From Octopus vulgaris (lineage: Eukaryota), in contig OX597832.1 in the NCBI GenBank assembly GCA_951406725.2, positions 58,528,001 to 58,592,000 on the forward strand: 64,000 nt of DNA. The letters are read 5' to 3'. The notes under the pieces are model-generated. The model saw only the letters and a program-made list of their open reading frames with translations, was not told the origin of the DNA and made no database searches. Of this stretch, positions 53,956 to 64,000 are shown one piece after another. Made by a program: the position numbers and the translations under genes. Position 1 is the stretch's first letter; every line of letters starts with the position of its first letter.

Positions 53956-54558
53956 CATATATATATATGTATATGTGTTTATATATATGCATATATATCT
54001 TATGTATGTATATATAAATACATACATGCATGCATATGTATATGTATATATATGTAAGCATGTATGGTCATGCCAGACAAATGCAGCATAAAGGCATATC
54101 TAGATATGTGTATATATATATATATGGATATATGCTCACACACACACTCAGAAATATACATTCACACATCCATGTTAGCAAGCACATGCACACCCGTATA
54201 CACACACACACAGAGAAACATATGCATACACACTTATATGTTGTTTGCATGTGCGTGCGCGTGTGTGTGTGTCTGTGTGTGAATATTAGTCCTGCACATA
54301 TATATAAGGATTAGCATACAATTACACATACGCATGTATATTTAAATACACCGATATCTACTTAAAAAAGAACAGAACAGAAACGATGCTCGCAGCCTCT
54401 GTACTTTTGCTTCAAGCTGCAGATATAACCGTCTAGACCAGTTTCGGAAACAACTTGAAATGAAAGATAAAGAAAAGAATCGAATCAAAATATGTATATA
54501 CATACATAAATACATACATACATACATGCATGCATACATACTTACATATGTATATATG

Positions 54559-54607
<49 letters not shown>

Positions 54608-54804
54608 CCATACATATATACATACATATATATATGTATGTATATAGAAGTTTATATATATACATATATATGTATATGTATATATGTATGGATATACATA
54701 TATATGTATATATATATATATGTATCTATACACATATAAGTGTATATATGTATATGTATATATATGTGCATATACATATATATGTATATATACACGCACA
54801 CACA

Positions 54805-54844
<40 letters not shown>

Positions 54845-55128
54845 CGTATGTGCATAAATACATTTTATAGGTGTACATAATATACATACATACACACTCA
54901 CTCACACACACACACACATATACATATATACACATATACGTATATATACATGTAAATATACTTATACGTATACACACACATATATATATATATATGTCCA
55001 CGTGTATATCATGTATGTATATATGTGTCTATATATATATACACACACACACACACATGAATATATGTAAATGTGTTTAAATGCATGTGTGCATACATAT
55101 GCATATACATTTACACACACACAAATAT

Positions 55129-55159
<31 letters not shown>

Positions 55160-55352
55160 TAAATATATACATACATACATACATATACATATATATAAAA
55201 CTATGTATATTCGTGTATGTGTATATGTATATATATTTTATGTGTTTTAGCTTTATTATATATATACAGACCCACACACACAAACACACAAGCTCAGGGG
55301 AAATAAACACAGTAAATTACATCTATATCAGTAGTAGTAGTAGTAGTAATAA

Positions 55353-55433
<81 letters not shown>

Positions 55434-56014
55434 CAGCAGCAGCAACCTATGTCGAGACAACGGCCGAAAGTTTTCTGAGTTTAGGACAACATGTGTTTAT
55501 GACAGTTGTTACAGCGTTATTTGGGGTGGGGAAAAGACGAAAAGAAAAAAAAAAGAAAAACAGAAAGCAAGTCTTGATGATCGTAATATCGATATATCGA
55601 TCTGATGCTCAGTATGGCAAAATCGAAATCAATAATGACGACAAAGCGTAGTTAGTCTACAGCAATGCTTCAAAATTCTTGTCGTTGTTGTTGTTGTTGT
55701 AGTGATTGTCGCCGTCGTCGTCGCCGTCGTCGTCGTAGCCGCTGTATAATCTGCTGCAGTTGTAACACAACTGTTGCTTGTCTACCGCTGCAGCGGCTGC
55801 CGAGGCTGTCGTTCCTGTTGCTGCTTCTACTGCGGCGCTCATTCTTGCCTGATCTACTGCTGCTGCACGTCTTCTCTTGAAGCGCTCCGTTAATACTTAA
55901 CTGGTGCTCCGTCGGTTACAACGAACAACGGAACAGGCTGCTCGTGAAATAAGCGTGTCTGTGGAGTGCACAGCTACGTATACATGTATATGTATATATA
56001 TATATATATATATA

Positions 56015-56197
56015 TTATAGAAGGAGCTTCTACAGGACTAGAACTGTTTCATTCAAATGAAATGAGCTTCCTGAAGATTTCATTTGAATGAAACAGTTCT
56101 AGTCCTGTAGAAGCTCCTTCTATAAAATAAATTAATTTACTCTGCTATGTATTGAGTACCTTATTTACTGAGGTTAACCCCGACTCAACCCGGGACC

Positions 56198-56200
<3 letters not shown>
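56015..56200 (+). mobile_element. Young PLE pLTR remnant with perfect 49-bp inverted arm, in (TA)n
   Basis: 56015-56063 is the reverse complement of 56077-56125; ~75-nt tail; (TA)n on both sides. Confidence 0.8.
56064..56116 (+). ncRNA. Type I hammerhead ribozyme with intact core
   Basis: GAGCTTC-CTGAAGA-T-TTCA(TT)TGAA-T-GAAA-CAG(TTCTAGTC)CTG-TA-GAAGCTC; 7-bp stem I, 4-bp stem III, GUA site after 56109. Confidence 0.8.
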
Positions 56201-56237
<37 letters not shown>

Positions 56238-56598
56238 GGCGCAGGAGTGGCTGTATGGTAAGTAGCTTGCTACCCAACCACATGGTTCCGGGTTCAGTCT
56301 CACTGCGTGGCATCTTGGGCAAGTGTCTTCTACTATAGCCCCGGGCCGACCAATGCCTTGTGAGTGGATTTGGTAGACGGAAACTGAAAGAAGCCTGTCG
56401 TATATATGTATATATATATATAAGTGTGTGTGTGTATATGTTTGTGTGTCTGTGTTTGTCCCCCTAGCATTGCTTGACAACCGATCCTGGTGTGTTTACG
56501 TCCCCGTCACTTAGCGGTTCGGCAAAACAGACCGATAGAATAAGTACTGGGCTTACAAAGAATAAGTCCCGGGGTCGATTTGCTCGACTAAAAGGCGG
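56238..56598 (+). mobile_element. SINE family A (3' end lost)
   Basis: Near-identical to 26032-26430. Confidence 0.9.
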
Positions 56599-56599
56599 A

Positions 56600-56935
56600 A
56601 GGGATTAAGTTGATTACATCGACCCCAGTGCGTAACTGGTACTTAATTAATCGACCCCGGAAAGATGAAAGACAAATGCGACTTCGGTGGAATTTGAACT
56701 CAGAACGTAACGGCAGACGAAATACCTATTTATTTACCGCCCACAAGGGGCTACACAGAGGGGACAAACAAGGACAGACAAACAGATTAAGTCGATAATA
56801 TCGACACCAGTGCATAACTGGTATTTATTTAATCGACCCCGAAAGGATGAAAGACAAAGTCGACTCCGGCGTAATTTGAACTCAGAACATAGCGCTGAGC
56901 ATTTCACCCGGCGTGCTAACGATTCTGTCAGATCG
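56600..56935 (-). mobile_element. SINE family B dimer with Tx1-like tail
   Basis: Reverse-complement homology to 16269-16677. Confidence 0.8.
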
Positions 56936-56959
56936 TCATCTTAATAATAATAATAATAA

Positions 56960-57018
<59 letters not shown>

Positions 57019-57026
57019 ATAGTAAT

Positions 57027-57082
<56 letters not shown>

Positions 57083-57484
57083 TTCGTTAGGCGGTGAGCT
57101 GGCAGAACTGGTAGCGCGCCGGGTAAAATGTTTCGCTGCATTTCGTTCGTCTGTAGTTTCCGAGTTCAAATTTTAACTTTCGAGATTGATAATGTAAATA
57201 CCAGTTGATCACTAGGTTCGATGTTATCGATTCAGCGCCTTCCCCAGAATTACTGGCCTTGTGCCAAAATTTGAAATCAATATAAGTAATTATTTTATTA
57301 GCACAAGTCTTGCAATTTCGAGAGGGGACAAGTCGATTACAACGACCCCATTACTTAACCGTTTCATCGACATCAAAATGATGGAAGACAAATTTGTCCT
57401 CACTAGAATTTGAACTCTGACCATAATAAATCAGAATAAATAAGGCTCGTCATTTTGCCAGACGCTAACGATTCTGCCAGCTCG

Positions 57485-58110
57485 CATATTGTGAGTGAGT
57501 GTAGAAAACTGGCTGAAAAGGAGGCGTAATAATGAAGCTAAGTATCATTATTGAAGATTATATGAGAAGTATGGTCTTGAAAGGGAATTGAAATGATAGG
57601 ATCATAAACAAGAAGGCGTCACCGAGAATAATGAATATGAGATCTTGTGGGATTTTACAATCTATTCTGATTCAGTCATTGAGGCTCAGAGACCAGACAT
57701 TGTTCTCGTTGATAAATGATGAAAGAAACGGGATCATTTATATTGCCACGACAGGGAATGAAGAACTTGAAAATATTGAGAGGTACAACCTACAAGATGA
57801 GATTGCATGAATACGGGCAATAAACGAAATAACTGTCATCCCAGCAGTTTCAGCGGTACTGGGAGCATTAATAACCAGGTTTGAGAAATTTGTTAGAGAA
57901 AATGGAATTGACATGAGGATGGAACATGCCCGAAAAACTGCTTTATTGGGGACAGCAAGGATTTTGAGATTGGTAATTGGGTGTTATGTATCGTGGAAAA
58001 AGACACTGTGAAACCTCTATCAACAAGTTGCTGTCTGCTCTTACAAATCTAGCCGGAAGAAGTGAAATTAAAAGCTATGAGAAGTGAAATGAGAATAATA
58101 GTAATAATGA
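57485..58110 (+). pseudogene. Degraded R4/Dong LINE 3' fragment
   Basis: HIVSECRKLA..EGVTENNEYEILWDFTI..IEAQRPDIVLVDK..VIPAVSAVLGAL..KTALLGTARILR with stops and frameshifts; ends in AATAATAGTAATAAT. Confidence 0.85.
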
Positions 58111-58111
58111 T

Positions 58112-58880
58112 TCATTATTTTATTGGCCACAAGGGCTCACAAAAAAATACGTTAAAAGACATGCTATAACATAAAAGACTAAAACAGGACGATACAATGG
58201 GTTTTATAACATGTAAACAATATAAATAACAATTACAAATTAAACAATTCAAAACTACCAATACGGGAGGCGCTTTAAGGACCTCGTGGGGAAATTCACA
58301 AAAACCCCGGGTACCTGAACAACAGTGCAAGAACCCTTCTTCTGTTTACAGGTACACGCTCAGAATTGGTGCTTTCACACTGGCCATTCTTCTAACATTC
58401 ACCCAACTTGTAACAAATTTGCTACAAGGCAACACTTCCCTCTCTACCCTCAGCTTCCTTTTCAAGTGAAACTTGAAAAAGTTGATGAGGGCCTGGCCAA
58501 AGAGGAGAGTGTCTGTCTTTAACCCTTTCAAACGGGTTCACCATACTACCTCTTTCGCTACAGCCACTAGCCAAATAAATATTGCCTGCCCCTCCCGGCC
58601 AAAAGAGTGTGGCGGGGCAATTTCACAATGGATTCAGCTGACAGCCGGATCCGTCCCACACGCGACAGAAGGTGTTCAACATAAAATCACAGGACTAGGG
58701 CGTGCAGAACGGTTTCATCTCTCTGGGCGCACCTTGGGCAGGCCCGGCTGATGGCACTTCCGTGCCTGTAAAGTTTATCCCGAACAGGTAGGGCCTCTCG
58801 GTAGAACTGCCAGGCAAGGGATTTCAGGAAGTTAGCCATAGCCTCAGGCCCGAAAGTTCTCCGAAATAGGCCGGTTAGTT
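58112..58880 (-). pseudogene. Tx1/L1-clade LINE ORF2 C-terminus and 3' UTR
   Basis: LAWQFYREALPVRDKLYRHG..CPRCAQRDETVLHAL (zinc knuckle)..AKEVVW*TR..; stop at 58346; tail GAGCCCTTGTGGCCAATAAAAT. Confidence 0.85.
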
Positions 58881-59328
58881 GATCTTCATCGACGTCCAGA
58901 GTTTCTCCGAGAATGGTTGTGAATTTGGTATAAAGCCAGGAATTTTGAGAAAGGAGTGTTATACGATTGCCTCAACTCCAGGAAGTGACACGTACGTTGT
59001 TTTATCGATGAGTGCAAGGAAAATAAGACCTCGGCAGTATCTGGATCTGAATGGAACAAGACTATTTATTTAGTTAGAAACTGAGAGTAATTATATGCAA
59101 TTCTTTCAAGTACGCAATGTTATGAAGAGAAGCTTTCAATGATGCGTGGGTATGTATAATTAGGATATTTATAAAAACGAGACGGTGAAGCAGTTATAGA
59201 AAAAATGTCGAGAGAGTTTTAAAGATTTATGCAACGTAAACAGAAAAAAAGTCATATTGTGATCTCGTTTCTACGCTTATTGGAATGAGGATTTCTTTTG
59301 CGAAAGATGCTCACTTGCTTTGTGTGTG

Positions 59329-59398
<70 letters not shown>

Positions 59399-59854
59399 CT
59401 ACGGGTTTCCACAGAGTTTCTGTTTGCCAAATACACTCAGAAAGCATTGATTGTTCCGGGAATATAGTAGAAAACACGTGTTTACAGTGTGTACAATGGG
59501 ACTTGAACCCGAAACCACAGGACTTTAAACTGAACTTGTTATCCACACGACCAATAACTGCACCAATATTTATGCAAATATTATCACACAATGCAACCTT
59601 GGTTTTCATAAACACCTGAAAATATTTTGTGTGTGTGTGAGTGTGTTTGAAATTCCACCGAATACAGGTGTGTACATTATTAAACAATTAGTCCTTGAGA
59701 ATTAGCTGAATTTATGCCTTTAAAGGTGACTTTTGGCGGAATACTGTAAAGTCTTTGTTGACTTCGTTGCAATTAACAACGCACTTTTCAGCCGTCCTTT
59801 CCTGGTAAGTTCTGAGGGGTGGAGGGGAGATAGGATTTCCTGGAGAGCTCCGAG

Positions 59855-59903
<49 letters not shown>

Positions 59904-59942
59904 GGTATAAAAATTATATATAAAGAAACAAGAACGTGAAAT

Positions 59943-60038
<96 letters not shown>

Positions 60039-60169
60039 GCGTGTCTTCATTGGCTAAACTGGCAACATGACTATCCCAAATACAACAACACACACACACA
60101 CATATATATATTGAGATTGAGGAAGGGAGAAGAAGAAAAAGAAGAAGAAGAAGAAGAAGAAGAAAGAAG

Positions 60170-60200
<31 letters not shown>

Positions 60201-60689
60201 CGACGCGAGGCTTTAGTAGAAGACATTTGCCCAAGGTGCCACGCATTGGGACTGAACCCGGAACCGTGTGATTGGGAATCAAACTTCTTACCACACAGCC
60301 ACGCCTGCGTTTATAAACATATTGTATGCATACATGTGTGTGTGTGCGTGTGCGCGTGCGTGCATGTGTGCGGAAGCGGCTGTCTTTGTCCCCCCCAACA
60401 CCGTTAGATATCTGGTGTTGGTTTGTATACCTTCCTGTAAACAACCGGTTCTACATTATACAAATCGATAGAATTCTAGATTTAAAAAAAAAAATGCAGG
60501 GTCTAGGTGTTGAGTTTTTCGCCTAAAACCCTTGGTGGTTGTGCCCCAGCTTGGCCGTAGTCTAAATGGTTAAAACGTGTAAAAGATACAGAGATGACGG
60601 TTTGTTTTAATTTTGATTTCGGAAAAAAGATTCATGCAAATTGTTCAGGCTGCATTATTTCTGCTAATCAAACTGTTGCATCACAACTG

Positions 60690-62670
<1,981 letters not shown>

Positions 62671-62755
62671 AATAATGTCAGTGATCGTTTCATTCTAATT
62701 TATTGTAATTTCCTTTTGCTTGTTATGTATCTTCCACTGATAGATATGCCATGGG

Positions 62756-62792
<37 letters not shown>

Positions 62793-62835
62793 GGGGAAGA
62801 AAGAAAGAGGGAGAAAGAGATGCCTGAGCAGCCAA

Positions 62836-62852
62836 ACAGACGGACTGATGTA

Positions 62853-62898
<46 letters not shown>

Positions 62899-62915
62899 TA
62901 CATCAGTCCGTCTGT
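62836..62915. repeat. Fold-back palindrome around (TA)n
   Basis: ACAGACGGACTGATGTATGTGTGTG-(TA)n-CACACACATACATCAGTCCGTCTGT. Confidence 0.85.
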
Positions 62916-63008
62916 ATATATATATACAGAGAGAGAGAGAGAGGGAGAAAGAGAAAGAGATATGTCTGAGCAGACGGACTGATGTGTGAGTGTATATGTA
63001 TATATATG

Positions 63009-63041
<33 letters not shown>

Positions 63042-64000
63042 GGAGATAGAGAGAGTGAGGAAGAGAGAGCGTGTAAGTCTTTTCTACTAAGAGATTCTAT
63101 TCTATTTGTCTTTCGTCCATCTATTCACACGGTCGGTTCGATCGATTTGCATGGAAGCCTTGGATTTTCAAACGGAGTTTTCTCCCTCATCTCCCTCCTC
63201 GATCTCTCCTTTTCTCTCTCCCATTGTCTCTCCCTCCTTTTGGCTCTCCTTCCCTTTCTCCCATCCATTGTCTCTCTCTCTCCTCTCTCTCCCTACTATT
63301 ATTATTGCTCACCTTTCCTCTCTGTCTCCCTCCCATTCTCTCTCATTTTTCTTCCATCTCTCCCTCCCTCCCAATATCTCTCCCCTTTCCTGCACCTCTC
63401 TCCTTCCCAATCTCTCCCTTCTCCTCCCTCTTCCCCTGCTCACAACTCCGAGTATAAAACACTGAATCATTTACATCTATCCTGCATTTTTGCTATTACC
63501 CTTCGTGTTTAACCCCAGGTCAACTTTGAACACACAGGCACAAAATCAAAAACCAAAACACTCTAGATCACCACCTTCAACACTGCTTTTCAGGTACATT
63601 TATCTCTTGGACTACAATATCCAATGTGCCCCTTCATCATTTTCAAACGAGAACGTATGATATAAGGCGTAATTGGTTGCTCTTTCTAGCTGATCGAATA
63701 CTCATTAGAATGGAGGCTTTCAATTTTGGTTCACGAATTTAAAGAATCCAAAAAGAACGCGGATGTTCTTTGCGACATCAGCAACATTTGTGATGATGAC
63801 AACAATGACAACGATGACGGCGATGATTATTAGCTCTTGTGGCTATGAAAGAAAGGATCATTATTCTTTTATTCGTTCATTCTTTTATTCTTTCGTTCTT
63901 TTATTCTTTTGCTTGTTTCGGTCGTTTCACTACGGCCATGCTGGGGGACCACCCTGAAATGTTTTAGTCGAACAAATCGACTTATTTCTTAATACTAGTA

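Overview
This is eukaryotic, repeat-saturated, intergenic or intronic DNA with no supportable host gene. The SINE families and the extreme density of (TA)n/(CA)n/(TATG)n/(TAA)n microsatellites point to an octopus (coleoid cephalopod) genome; that assignment is an inference. Almost all ORFs in the supplied track are microsatellite read-through. The real content is a retroelement ecosystem: (1) the 3' end of a Penelope-like element (PLE; GIY-YIG C-terminus) and many PLE pseudo-LTR remnants in (TA)n, often with 5'-inverted arms, carrying at least 9 recognisable hammerhead ribozyme (HHR) motifs with unusual cores, including a compensatory A3-U8 core; (2) a tRNA-headed short element carrying a minimal HHR and a PLE-style inversion; (3) three copies, from two divergent families, of an HHR-less element ending in a covarying four-way-junction RNA with a possible pseudoknot, which is the best candidate for an undescribed system; (4) a young R4/Dong LINE inserted in (TAA)n, plus a second RLE-LINE lineage repeatedly embedded in (CATA)n; (5) Tx1/L1 and CR1-group LINE 3' ends whose tails match local SINE tails; (6) a 170-bp SINE-tail satellite, higher-order microsatellite repeats and fold-back palindromes centred on (TA)n. 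All coordinates and pairings were read by eye; repeat boundaries may be off by a few to tens of bases.
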